Below are positions 33,745 through 45,828 of a stretch of 64,000 bases of DNA, one piece after another. Every line of letters starts with the position of its first letter. The first letter of the stretch is position 1. Position numbers and translations under genes: made by a program. This DNA is from Macrostomum lignano. Lineage: Eukaryota. The stretch lies in the NCBI GenBank assembly GCA_002269645.1, contig NIVC01001808.1:1-64000 (forward strand). Direction: 5' to 3'. The notes below the pieces were generated by a model that was not told the DNA's origin, made no database searches, and worked only from the letters and a program-made list of their open reading frames with translations.

Positions 33745-34490
33745 TGTAGCATCCTTGGTGTGACATGCCCTAGTGTACCATCCTTGGTGTGACATGCCCT
33801 AGTGTACCATCCTTGGTGTGACCTGCCCTAGTGTACCATCCCTGGTGTGACCTGCCCTAGTGTAGCATCCTTGGTGTGACATGCCCTAGTGTACCATCCC
33901 TGGTGTGACCTGCCCTAGTGTACCATCCTTGGTGTGACCTGCCCTAGTGTACCATCCTTGGTGTGACCTGCCCTAGTGTACCATCCTTGGTGTGACCTTC
34001 CCTAGTGTACTATCCCTGGTGTGACCTTCCCTAGTGTACCATCCCTGGTGTGATCTGCCCTAGTATACCATCCTTGGTGTGACCTGCCCTAGTGTACCAT
34101 CCCTGGTGTGACCTGCCCTAGTGTACCATCCTTGGTGTGACCTGCCCTAGTGTACCATCCCTGGTGTGACCTGCCCTAGTGTACCATCCTTGGTGTGACC
34201 TGCCCTAGTGTACCATCCCTGGTGTGACATGCCTTAGTGTACCATCCCTGGTGTGACCTGCCCTAGTGTACCATCCTTGGTGTGACCTGCCCTAGTGTAC
34301 CATCCCTGGTGTGACCTGCCCTAGTGTACCATCCTTGGTGTGACCTGCCCTAGTGTACCATCCCTGGTGTGACATGCCTTAGTGTACCATCCCTGGTGTG
34401 ACCTGCCCTAGTGTACCATCCTTGGTGTGACCTGCCCTAGTGTACCATCCCTGGTGTGACCTGCCCTAGTGTACCATCCTTGGTGTGACA
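33745..34490. repeat. 29-bp minisatellite (CCYTGGTGTGACCTGCCCTAGTGTACCAT)n, about 26 copies, between TRIM23 and WDR41
   Basis: Direct reading. Confidence 0.95.
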
Positions 34491-34984
34491 ACCTACGAGA
34501 GCCTACGAGAAAAAAATGAACTAAAATCCTCAGACAAAGAGCAGCTGTATTAGGATGAAGCAATATTTAATCTCTCAAACAGCAAGCAATTTATAGCTGA
34601 ATGAAACAGGAAACAAGAAATCTCTTTATATGATAGATATATTTTACGAATCAACAATAATATATATTACAAAAAATTTAAGTTTTTTGTCCTATAGCGA
34701 GTATCATGACACAATAGCTATAATTTTAATTTTTTTATTCTTGGGATTTTCAAACTTCTGTTAAATTTGTTACTTTGAACTATTTAACTGACGCCAGCTG
34801 GCACATTGAACTACTAAGTGGGATTTCTAAGCGGGTAAACGGCTGGAGTAACTATCACTGTTCTATAACAAGAAAATGCCTCGGCATCTAAGTAGTGCAA
34901 CGCAAATCCGTAGATACATTTATACGGTATAACAGCAATAGCGGTCGGTGCACACTGACAAGCCTATAAGACCCCCCCCCCAAG

Positions 34985-37900
34985 TCAGGCATCGGATTCC
35001 AAGCCCGGCGAGGCCAGCGGTCCGCCTCCATTGTTACTGCTGTCAATCGCGTCTTCCTGTTGCTGCTGCTGCTGTTGCCCGTCTGCTGAAGCTTCGGCAG
35101 CGCGGTCAGCAGCCGAGTCGACAACGTCAGCCGATGGAGCAACAGCGCCATCGTGACTGCTGTAGTCGGCGGTTTCCTCGGCAGCCGGGCAGGCGGCCAC
35201 GAGCTGGTGGGACAGCCAGTCGACAGCCTCAGGCAGGCCCTGGCCGGTCATGGCGTCGCAGGACTGAATGTGCCAGGACCGGGTTGAGCACAGCTTCACC
35301 AGCTGAAAGCGCTCCATCAGAGTCTCAATAGTGATGGCGCCAGGCGAGCTCTGCTTATTAGCGAGGATGAGAAATGAGGCCTCCTTGAGTTCGGGCTCCT
35401 GCAGCAGCTTTGTGAGCTCGTTGAATGCCTCCTCTAGGCGGGCCGAGTCGCACGAGTCGATCACGAATACCAGGCACTGCGGCATGGATGGGTTGGGGTA
35501 TTCAGGTTGGGGAATTCGACGGATGCAGGAAATCTCTCAGCAGAAGTAGAGAATTTCCAACAGGATCAGGTGATTTTCAAGGATATTTGAAAAATTAGTA
35601 GGATCTCTTAGGAGAATCGGGGAAATCTCAATGGAGAATCAGGGGAATCTCTGAGGAGAATCAGGGGAATCTCAATGGAGAATCAGGGGAATCTCTGATT
35701 AGAAGCAGGGGAATCTCTGATTAGAAGCAGGGGAATCTCTGAGGAGAACCAGGGGAATCTCAATGGAGAATCAGGGGAATCTCTGATTAGAAGCAGGGGA
35801 ATCTCTGATTAGAAGCAGGGGAATCTCTGAGGAGAACCAGGGGAATCTCAATGGAGAATCAGGGGAATCTCTGATTAGAAGCAGGGGAAGCTCAATGGAG
35901 AATCAGGGGAATCTCAATGGAGAATCAGGGGAATCTCAATGGAGAATCAGGGGAATCTCAATGGAGAATCAGGGGAATCTCAATGGAGAATCAAGGGAAT
36001 CTCAATGGAGAATCAGGATATGAGCTGCATAAAATGCAGTCATATTTGCAAAGGACGGCTGCACCTAAACTACTGCGCAATTTTCATTTTTTCTATGTAA
36101 CATAAGAATTTTCGTTCCCACGCGTATGCTTATGTTTTAAATAAAAAGGAGAGACAGTGGAGGCGCTCGCTTCACTTTCCTCTCGCCCGCATCTGCGGGC
36201 CTAAAGGCATGGCCATTGCCTCGGCTGGGCTGTAGGCCGCAGCAGCCTGGGCCCAGAAAAACCGTGCTTCGAGTTCAATTCTTTGTTATCCGACGTGAGC
36301 AGAAGGTGCAGGCAGGATGGACACAAAACCTACCTGTTACACAGGGGAATCTCAATGGAGAATCAGGGGAATCTCAATGGAGAATCAGGTGAATCTCAAT
36401 GGAGAATCAGGGGAATCTCGATGGAGAATCAGGGGAATCTCAATGGAGAATCAGGGGAATCTCAATGGAGAATCAGGGGAATCTCAATGGAGAATCAGGG
36501 GAATCTCTGATTAGAATCAGGGGAATCTCTGATTAGAATCAGGGGAATCTCTGATTAGAATCAGGGGAATCTCTGATTAGAATCAGGGGAATCTCTGATT
36601 AGAATCAGGGGAATCTCTGATTAGAATCAGGGGAATCTCTGAGGAGAACCAGGGAACTTGAGAGAACTCACGCCAGCGGCACCAAAGTGACCTACCTGAG
36701 TATTCAGATAGTAGTGCCTCCACAGCGGCCTGAGCTTAGGTGAGCCGCCAACGTCCCAATAAGTGAGTTTGACATTGTCGCATTCAATAGTCTCCACATT
36801 GAAGCCGATTGTTGGCACGGCGCTAACAAATTCGTTCTGCTTCAATCGGAACAGAATGGAAGTCTTGCCGGCCCCGTCCAGTCCAAGCAGCACCGCTCGC
36901 ATCTCCAGCTTGGGCCCGATGTGCAGGCGGTGGTCCCGGGTGAAGGTCAGCGGAACTGACGCGTCTGGGGCCAGCCTGCGGTGGGGCGGTGGCGGCACGT
37001 TGCTGGTTAAAGAGAGCGCTGGCTTGATAGGTGGGATTTCATACTTCTTTGCGGATCCAGGGGGCAATTTTTAAGTAGGAGAGGCTTATGGAGAGGATGA
37101 TGCTTCTAGGGGCGGATTCTAGGCGGAGGATAATGCTTCTGGGGGCGGATTCTAGGCGGAGGATGATGCTTCTAGGGGCGGATTCTAGGCGGAGGATGAT
37201 GCTTCTAGGGGCGGATTCTAGGCGGAGGATGATGCTTCTAGGGGCGGATTCTAGGGGGAGGATGATGCTTCTAGGGGCGGATTCTAGGGGGAGGATGATG
37301 CTTCTAGGGGCGGATTCTACGGGGAGGATGATGCTTCTAGGGGCGGATTCTAGGGGGAGGATGATGCTTCTAGGGGCGGATTCTAGGGGGAGGATGATGC
37401 TTCTAGGGGCGGATTCTAGGGGAGGATGATGCTTCTAGGGGCGGATTCTACGGGGAGGATGATGCTTCTAGGGGCGGATTCTACGGGGAGGATGATGCTT
37501 CTAGGGGCGGATTCTAGGGGGAGGATGATGCTTCTAGGGGCGGATTCCACGCGGGAAGTGGCATAGGAAAAGCCTATTGGATACCTGGCCAGCGTGTCAG
37601 CGCAGTCGGCCTGTTGCTTAGCAACTGTGAGGGCGGCGGCGGCCAGCTCAGGCTTGGCGGCCAGCAGTTCCAGATCGGGCAAGGCCAGAGCTCCTGACAG
37701 CTGCTCGGTGGCGGAGGTGACACCGTTGAGTAGGTCGGCCAGTTGCTCCAACTGGGTGTTCACGCAGCTGAGCCGCTGCTGTACATGCGCCTGCAGAGCC
37801 GTGCGAGCCGCCTGACGCTGCTGTTGCACTCGCTTGGCCAGAACCTTTGAAGTGTGAGTGACGCTGTCTAGACTAACGCTTACCACAGACTTCGACATTA

Positions 37901-39234
37901 AGACAGAAGCAGGCAGAAGAAAACGAGGATTGGCCTCACCTCAAAGTACTCCTCAACCTGCCGCTCGGCCACGGCCCTAGTCCCAGTTTCGGACCTGTCG
38001 ATCTCCTCTGCGCAGGCGCGCAATCGTCTGGCCGCTTCGTTCAAATCGGCGGCAAAAGCTCGCACGCTGGACAGGCTGGCGCTGAGGCCGGATCGAACCG
38101 ACTCGAGCTCGGATTCGAGCAGGGCGTGCCGGTGACCAACGTGCCTGCCGTAGTCTTTGCAGATGTAGCACATCAGGCTGTTTCGCCAGCAGGCCTCCTC
38201 TAGGCAGACCAGCTCGGCGGCGTGCATCGGGTGGTAGCGGCATCTGACAACAGAGCGGAACGGATCTAACAGACAAAACAGACCAAATCTAACAGACAAA
38301 ACAGCCCAAATCTAACAGACAAAACAGACCAAATCTAACAGACAAAACAGACCAAATCTAACAGACAAAACAGCCCAAATCTAACAGACAAAACAGACCA
38401 AATCTAACAGACAAAACAGCCCAAATCTAACAGACAAAACAGACCAAATTTAACTGACAAAACAGCATCATTAATTCTTGACCCAATCCATCTCACTTCC
38501 GCCAACAGTTACCTGGGAATCCTGGCGGGCCTCTGGCCGACCGGCACCAGACTGTGCTGGCTCAGAGTCCTGGAGCTGTGTGTAGTCCTGGCGCAGTCCG
38601 GGCACAGGTTGCTGCTGCACACTAGGCAGTGCAGCTCCGCAGTGTGCGAGTCGTTCTCGTCGCACGGCACCGACGGAGGCGACGGCGGCTGCGGCGGCGG
38701 CGAAGCGGCGGCAGTGGAGGATGAGGCTCCGGAGCCAGACGCCGCAGACGCTGAATTGGCGTCGCCACCGCCAGAAGCTCCGACGGCCGAGTCGCTGCTA
38801 ACCGCCAGCCGCTCCAGCTGTTCAAGCAGGGCGAAATTCTTCTTCAGTCCCCAGACGCCCGCCTCTGGCAGCGGCGTTGGCTGCCTGTCGAATGGGCACA
38901 GCAGGCAGCCGCCCGGCCCGCCGCCGTCGTGGTGCTGCAGGACGGGCAGCTGGCGGAGGCAGCGATGGCAGACGCTGTGGCCGCAGGCCAGCAGCCTGGG
39001 CAGAAGGTCGCCCTGCATGTCGAAGCCTTCGTTGCAGAGACGGCACTCCACTGCCTGCGAGATGGGCGAGCGGATGAGCAAGCGATAGAAGCACTGATGT
39101 CAGTATTGTAATAAGATATGCGATGCACAGCGACCGTTCTATACAGGATAAAAACAGACTTACTAGCAGAAAGAGAGACTCACAGACAGACAGACAGACA
39201 GGCAGACAGACAGACAGGCAGACAGACAGACAGG

Positions 39235-39292
<58 letters not shown>

Positions 39293-39311
39293 GCCAGACA
39301 GACAGACGCAC

Positions 39312-39349
<38 letters not shown>

Positions 39350-39506
39350 GGACACACAGACAGACAGCCAGACAGACAGACGCACACAGACAGACAGACA
39401 GACAGACAGACGCACACAGACAGACAGACAGACAGACGGCAGACAGACAGACAGACAGACAGACAGACAGGCAGTCAAATGGACTCACCATGCTTGATTC
39501 GGACAT
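34985..39506 (-). CDS. TRIM23: E3 ligase TRIM23/ARD1 (RING, B-boxes, coiled coil, ARF GTPase). Exons 39506-39489, 39054-38513, 38243-37940, 37844-37585, 36975-36696, 35476-34985
   Basis: [42 protein letters not shown]; CDENDSHTA; [50 protein letters not shown]; FVIDS..ILANKQ. Phases are compatible. Confidence 0.96.
35600..36655. repeat. 22-bp minisatellite (GGAGAATCAGGGGAATCTCAAT) interrupted by ~325 bp of unrelated sequence (~36019-36343)
   Basis: Direct reading; TRIM23 last intron. Confidence 0.9.
37090..37545. repeat. 33-bp minisatellite (GGGGCGGATTCTAGGGGGAGGATGATGCTTCTA) in a TRIM23 intron
   Basis: Direct reading. Confidence 0.93.
38265..38465. repeat. 23-bp minisatellite (CTAACAGACAAAACAGMCCAAAT) in a TRIM23 intron
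   Basis: About 9 copies by direct reading. Confidence 0.92.
39180..39472. repeat. (GACA)n imperfect microsatellite in TRIM23 intron 1
   Basis: Direct reading. Confidence 0.95.
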
Positions 39507-39859
39507 ATGAAGCGAAGACAGCAGACCAAAGGATGAGATTCTATCTAGTAAAACACAGTTTCAGGTGCAAAGGATGCCAGCTGAAAGTAAAGCAAAGTTA
39601 GCAACAGAATTACCTATTTACTAAAACCATGAAAAATAATAAGGTAAAACGGCAGTTAAGTAGAAAAGGTAAAAGTCGCATATTTCGAAAAAGCCCGAAT
39701 CTGATACATGTGGCATGCATTTATTAATAAAGAATCTCAGTTAATTAGAAATGACACAATAACAACTGATTGCATAACAGGCAATACATGTACATCGGAG
39801 CAGAGAAGCTTTTGGAACTACGAAATCAAAAAACTAAACGTGACTAAACTTTTAAGATA

Positions 39860-40245
39860 ATCTCACCTAGATCAATCTCACACTGCGAGATAATCTCACC
39901 TAGATCAATCTCACACTGCGAGATAATCTCACCTAGATCAATCTCACACTGCGAGATAGTCCCACCTAGATCAATCTAATACTGTGAGATAATCCCGCCT
40001 AGATCAAACTCACACTGCGAGATAGTCCCACCTAGATCAATCTCACACTGCGAGATAATCTCATCTAAATCATTCTCACACTGTGAGATAATCTCACCCA
40101 AATCAATCTCACTCTCCGAGATAGTCTCACACTGTGAGATAATCTCACCCAAATCAATCTCACACTCCGAGATAGTCTCACACTGTGAGATAGTCTCACC
40201 CAAATCAATCTCACATTGGGCATAATCTCACCAGATTAATCTCAC
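39860..40245. repeat. 33-bp minisatellite (GAGATAATCTCACCTAGATCAATCTCACACTGC) between GRHPR and TRIM23
   Basis: Direct reading. Confidence 0.9.
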
Positions 40246-40310
40246 ACGAAGACAGTATCAAGCAGATCATGTCAAAAGCCGTGATAATCTCACAGCAAAC
40301 TAATACAGCG

Positions 40311-43300
40311 TCAGAGCAGTTCCGCGGGCATTTTCTGCCCCAGCAGGCCAGCAGCCAGATTGTCAACAGCCAGCTGGGCCATGGCCTCCCTGGTGGCCAC
40401 ATCGGCGCTGCCAATGTGCGGCAGTACAACGCAGTTCGGCAGGGACAGCAGCGGACTGTCGGACGGCAGCGGCTCGGGGTCGGTCACGTCCAGGCCGGCG
40501 GCTCCGATGCCGCCGCTGGACAAGGCTTCGTGCAGGTCGGATTGGTTCACCACCGTGCCGCGGGACACGTTGATCAGAATGGAGTCTGAAGGCGAACGGG
40601 TACGTTGCTTCTAACCCGAATGTTGGTAATGGGATTTGAATTCTGATAATGGGATTTGAATGTTGGTAATGGGATTTGAATGTTGGCAATGGGATTTGAT
40701 GTTGGAATGTGGTTTGAATGTTGGAATGTGGTTTGAATGTTGGTAATGGGATTTGAATGTTGGCAATGGGATTTGAATGTTGGCAATGGGATTTGATGTT
40801 GGAATGTGGTTTGAATGTTGGCAATGGGATTTGATGTTGGCAATGTGATTTGAATGTTGGTAATGGGATTTTCATGTTGGCAATGTGATTTGAATGTTGG
40901 CAATGGGATTTGATGTTGGAATGTGGTTTGAATGTTGGAATGTGGTTTGAATGTTGGTAATGGGATTTGAATGTTGGCAATGTGATTTGAATTTTGGCAA
41001 TGGGATTTGAATGTTGACAATGTGATTTGAATTTTGGCAATGGGATTTGAATGTTGGCAATGTGATTTGAATTCTGATAATGGGATTTGAATGTTGGTAA
41101 TGGGATTTGAATGTTGGCAATGGGATTTGATGTTGGAATGTGGTTTGAATGTTGGTAATGGGATTTGAATGTTGGTAATGGGATTTGAATGTTGGTAATG
41201 GGATTTGAATGTTGGTAATGGGATTTGAATTCTGATAATGGGATTAGAACGTTGGCAATGGGATTTGAATATTGGCAATGGGATTTGAATGTTGGCAATG
41301 TGATTTGAATGTTGGTAATGGGATTTTCATGTTGGCAATGTGATTTGAATGTTGGTAATGGGATTTTCATGTTGGCAATGTGATTTGAATGTTGGTAATG
41401 GGATTTTCATGTTGGCAATGCGATTTGAATGTTGGCAATGGGATTTGAATGTTGGTAATGGGATTTGAATGTTGGTAATGGGATTTGAATTTTGATAATG
41501 GGATTTGAATGTCGGTAATGGGATTTGAATGTCAGTAATGGGATTTGAACAGTCGGTAATGGGATTTGAATGTTGGTAATGGGATTTGAATGTTGGTAAT
41601 GGGATTTGAATGTTGGTAATGGGATTTGAATAATTGGTAATGGGATTTGAATGCTGGCAATGGGATTTGAATGTTGGTAATGGGATTTGAATGTCGGTAA
41701 TGGGATTTGAATAATTGGTAATGGGATTTGAATGTTGGCAATGGGATTTGAATGTTGGTAATGGGATTTGAATATTGGCAATGTGATTTGAATGTCGGTA
41801 ATGGGATTTGAATAATTGGTAATGGGATTTGAATGTTGGCAATGGGATTTGAATGTTGGCAATGGGATTTGAATATTGGCAATGTGATTTGAATGTTGGT
41901 AATGGGATTTGAATTTTGATAATGGGATTTGAATGTCGGTAATGGGATTTGAATGTCAGTAATGGGATTTGAACAGTCGGTAATGGGATTTGAATGTTGG
42001 TAATGGGATTTGAATGTTGGTAATGGGATTTGAATGTTGGTAATGGGATTTGAATAATTGGTAATGGGATTTGAATGCTGGCAATGGGATTTGAATGTTG
42101 GTAATGGGATTTGAATGTCGGTAATGGGATTTGAATAATTGGTAATGGGATTTGAATGTTGGCAATGGGATTTGAATGTTGGTAATGGGATTTGAATATT
42201 GGCAATGTGATTTGAATGTTGGTAATGGGATTTGAATTTTGATAATGGGATTTGAATGTCGGTAATGGGATTTGAATGTCAGTAATGGGATTTGAACAGT
42301 CGGTAATGGGATTTGAATGTTGGTAATGGGATTTGAATAATTGGTAATGGGATTTGAATGTTGGCAATGGGATTTGAATGTCGGTAATGGGATTGGAATG
42401 TTGACAATGGGATTTGAAAGTTGGTAATGGGATTTGACTAATTGATAATGGGATTAGAATGTTGGTCATGTTGGTAACACATGGGTCGAGAGGAAATCGA
42501 AAGCCTAGCTAAAAAGAGCTTAGCGCCATACTTAAACCGATCGAACCTCATCGTTAAGATCTCAGCAACTCTTGAAAACGTTACGCCTGAGAGTTGAGAC
42601 AACATTACATACTAAAAATGAAGCTTCATTAAACTTCACAGATGCTTGTGAAAAAAACAGACTCAAGACTTAGCTTTTTGTAGGTTTCAAAAGGTCAAAA
42701 GAATGGCGAATGTAACAGCCCCCCCCCCCCAGTTCCCCTGATAAAAGGGCAAAACAAAGAGCTAGGCAAAGCGTCACTAACCCGGTCGCATCAGTTTGAA
42801 GGCCTCCTTATTGAACAGATGCCTGGTGTCTGGCGTTCCAGGACAGCAGATAACAACAAAGTCCGATTCGGCTAGCAACTGCTCAAATTTGACATATTCC
42901 GCGTTGAGAGGACCGGCTAGTTCCGGCTTTGGCCGGGGTCCGGTGTACACAATACGGCCGGGCCTGAAGCCACTTAAACGCCTGGCAACAGCCTGCGGAT
43001 GATCGAGTGTTAGGCACGCGGATTGTGCGATTTTTGTGGATTTTTTTTGTGATTTTCTAGGATTTTCTAATGATAATCCCAATTAAAATGGTACACAGGC
43101 CAAGAAGAGTTGTTGCAGGTAACACATGTAAAATAGGAAAAAAGTGACTCTCTGCTCCTGTCTAGCGATCATTATGCTCTTCTAAAGATACTAGAATAAC
43201 TACGAGTATATGGGCCACTCAGGCATATATACTTAGCAAAACAGCTTTCTACTCTACTTTCAGTTCAGTAGCAAAGAAGAATACATAAGCTATTTTATAA

Positions 43301-44200
43301 GACTAAAGGCAGCTGAGATGACTTCGATAAGTTTAGAAGCCAAGCTTGCAGGCGTATAGAGCTTGGTAATTGGTTCAGCCATAATGTACATTAGCCACTG
43401 AAATGTACATGGCAGATTTAGGCTGGAACAACCGAGAAAGGTAATAAAAACTTGATGGCGGGGCAGGGGTAGAGGTTCTGTGTGGAGTTTGAGGGTTTAA
43501 GCTGGGGGGGGGGTAAAAATCAATATATAAGCCTTGTCTTTAAAATACATTAAAATGGTCCAGTTTAACTTGCTACTAAACTGAAAGTAGCTTACACGCA
43601 AATGTGCTGAGTGGCTCACCATCTAGTTATTCTACAATAGTATCTGTGTGCTGTTCTGAGAAATTTCACACCTGGCCAATCCGGCCGAAGCCAACCAGGC
43701 CAACTGTGGAGCCGCCGATGCCCCGGCCGCAGAGCCGGTCAAACGGGCACCAAGGCCCCCAGGCGCCGGGCTGGCGCACCGTCTCTACAGCGGCGGGCAG
43801 ACGCCTGGCGGTGGCCAGCAGCAGTGCCAAAGCCAGATCCGCGGTGCCCTCGGTCAGCACGCCCGGCGTGTAGCCGATTCGAACGCCGGCCGCGCGACAG
43901 GCGGCCACGTCGATGTGATCCACGCCAACCGACATGGTGCTGACCGCGCGGAACCTGGCCGGATCAACTCGGCCAAGGAATTCGGCGTCAACCCGATCGG
44001 TGAGCAGGCACAATAGGCCGTCGATCTTTGCCGCCTCGTCTAGTAGGAATTTCCTTTCAACGGGTTGGGTAGCGCTGGGCCAGGTGACAATTTCCAGGTG
44101 TTGCAGCTGTCTACGAAGGCTGGCCGTGAATTTGTCAGGCAGTTGACGCGTGACCAGCACGCGAAGCCGTGATGCCGCTGCTGCTGACGCCAGCAAACAT
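40311..44200 (-). CDS. GRHPR: Glyoxylate/hydroxypyruvate reductase (D-2-hydroxyacid dehydrogenase). Exons ~44200-43672, 42992-42782, 40585-40311
   Basis: [54 protein letters not shown]|[42 protein letters not shown]. The start codon is out of frame by 1 nt as assembled. Confidence 0.93.
40612..42480. repeat. 20-bp minisatellite (AATGGGATTTGAATGTTGGY)n, ~1.9 kb, with higher-order blocks, in a GRHPR intron
   Basis: Direct reading; the variant unit GAACAGTCGG recurs at 41547, 41971 and 42294. Confidence 0.96.
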
Positions 44201-44299
44201 ACAAGCCAGCATTAGGCCTTCCGGCTGCTGTTGTTCTGCTATAGGCTATTGAGTCTCGGGGAAATTAGGGGCTGGGTAGGAAATGCGTGTAGGACGGTT

Positions 44300-44805
44300 G
44301 AAAACGTGGGGAGAATTGCTCAGTTGGTTGATTGCTCAGGGGGAATTGCTCAGTTGGCTGATGTCTCAGGGGGAATCGCTCAGTTGGCTGATGGCTCAGG
44401 GGGAATCGCTCAATTGGCTGATGGCTCAGGGGAATTGCTCAGTTGGCTGATGGCTCAGGGGGAATCGCTCAGTTGGCTGATGGCTCAGGGGAATTGCTCA
44501 GTTGGCTGATGGCTCAGGGGGAATCGCTCAATTGGCTGATGGCTCAGGGGAATTGCTCAGTTGGCTGATGGCTCAGGGGAATTGCTCAGTTGGCTGATGG
44601 CTCAGGGGAATTGCTCAGTTGGCTGATGGCTCAGGGGAATTGCTCAGTTGGCTGATGGCTCAGGGGGAACTGCCCAGTTGGCTGATAGATCAGGGGAATT
44701 GCTCAGTTGGTTGATGGCTCAGGGGGAATTGCCCAGTTGGGTGATGGCTCAGGGGGAATTGCTCAGTTGGTTGATGGCTCAGGGGGAATTGCTCAGTTGG
44801 CTGAG
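44300..44805. repeat. 29-bp minisatellite (GGGGAATTGCTCAGTTGGCTGATGGCTCA) upstream of GRHPR
   Basis: Direct reading. Confidence 0.93.
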
Positions 44806-45043
44806 TAGGAATTTTTTGGTTGATAGCCTCTTGGGGCTTTTTTAGTGAAATAATGCTTCAGCAAGCACTGACATGATAATGAAAACAGTAGAAGAGATAA
44901 TAACAGAAAAAAACTTTCAGAAGCATAAAGGATATATTGAAGCAACAACAAGCAGCAATAGATACCAGTATAGTACATTTTCGAAGTGGCAATGCAAATA
45001 ACTATAAAAGTGTATTGTACCAGCAAGCAATTTATTAATAGAA

Positions 45044-45828
45044 GGCTCATTCCATATAAGATAGACATATTTGGAAAATAGAAAAAAGTCAATATTTTTG
45101 CTTGCCATTGCCTAATTAGCCTATTTTTTTACCAAATGTTTATATTGTGCAATATATACAATCTAAGAATAAAGGAATGGTAAAATGTTGGATTAATATG
45201 TTATCAATTGGCAAAAAGTCATTTTTGTAAAAATTTGGATATTTTTCGAAGCAAAAGACATCATTAAGATTTTGTACCTTTTAAAAACAAATAGAAAGCT
45301 TTTGAAGGTTGAAACAAACTATAGATAAAAGTATAGTACTTGCATCATCAGATAAAAGCATTGGTGACCAAATAATCTATTATATTTTTAATGTATTAGT
45401 ACCTCAAAGTTACTGAATTGACAGAAAAAAATATGTTACGACCATAATGTTACGACCATAAGGCTGCCTTTTCTTTTGTATCTTTGTTGCCTTTTGAGTT
45501 TATATATTCTAATAAAAGAGTATGATTTCTAAAGATGTTCTTAGTCAAATTTTAAAAATGTATTGCAAATATCAAAAATGAAAAATGTTATAAGACTTTT
45601 ACCTTTTAGTTTCTATATGTCAAAAATCCTGTCGTTACGACCATAAGTGTCACTTAAGGTTTAATAGCATCTATACTAATGATGATATCTATATGAAACT
45701 CTATAAATATATTCTAGACAAAATAATCTTTCATTTAAAATATTGGTTTAGTATATTCTATTATTAGATTTCATTTTATAAGTAAAAATAACCTGTCATG
45801 TTACGACCATGCTTATATGGAATGAGCC
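45044..45828. mobile_element. 785-bp MITE with 17-bp perfect TIRs and a 4-bp target duplication AGAA
   Basis: GGCTCATTCCATATAAG (45044-45060) and CTTATATGGAATGAGCC (45812-45828); AGAA on both sides; internal repeats GTTACGACCAT. Confidence 0.85.

Noticed and set aside
38822-39510. ORFs of CLSV / DRQT repeats
   Set aside because: (GACA)n microsatellite read-through.
40363-42469. Long ORFs of repeated [20 protein letters not shown]
   Set aside because: Translations of the 20-bp intronic satellite in GRHPR.
44793-45108. Hydrophobic ORFs suggesting a membrane protein
   Set aside because: AT-rich sequence straddling a MITE boundary; likely chance.
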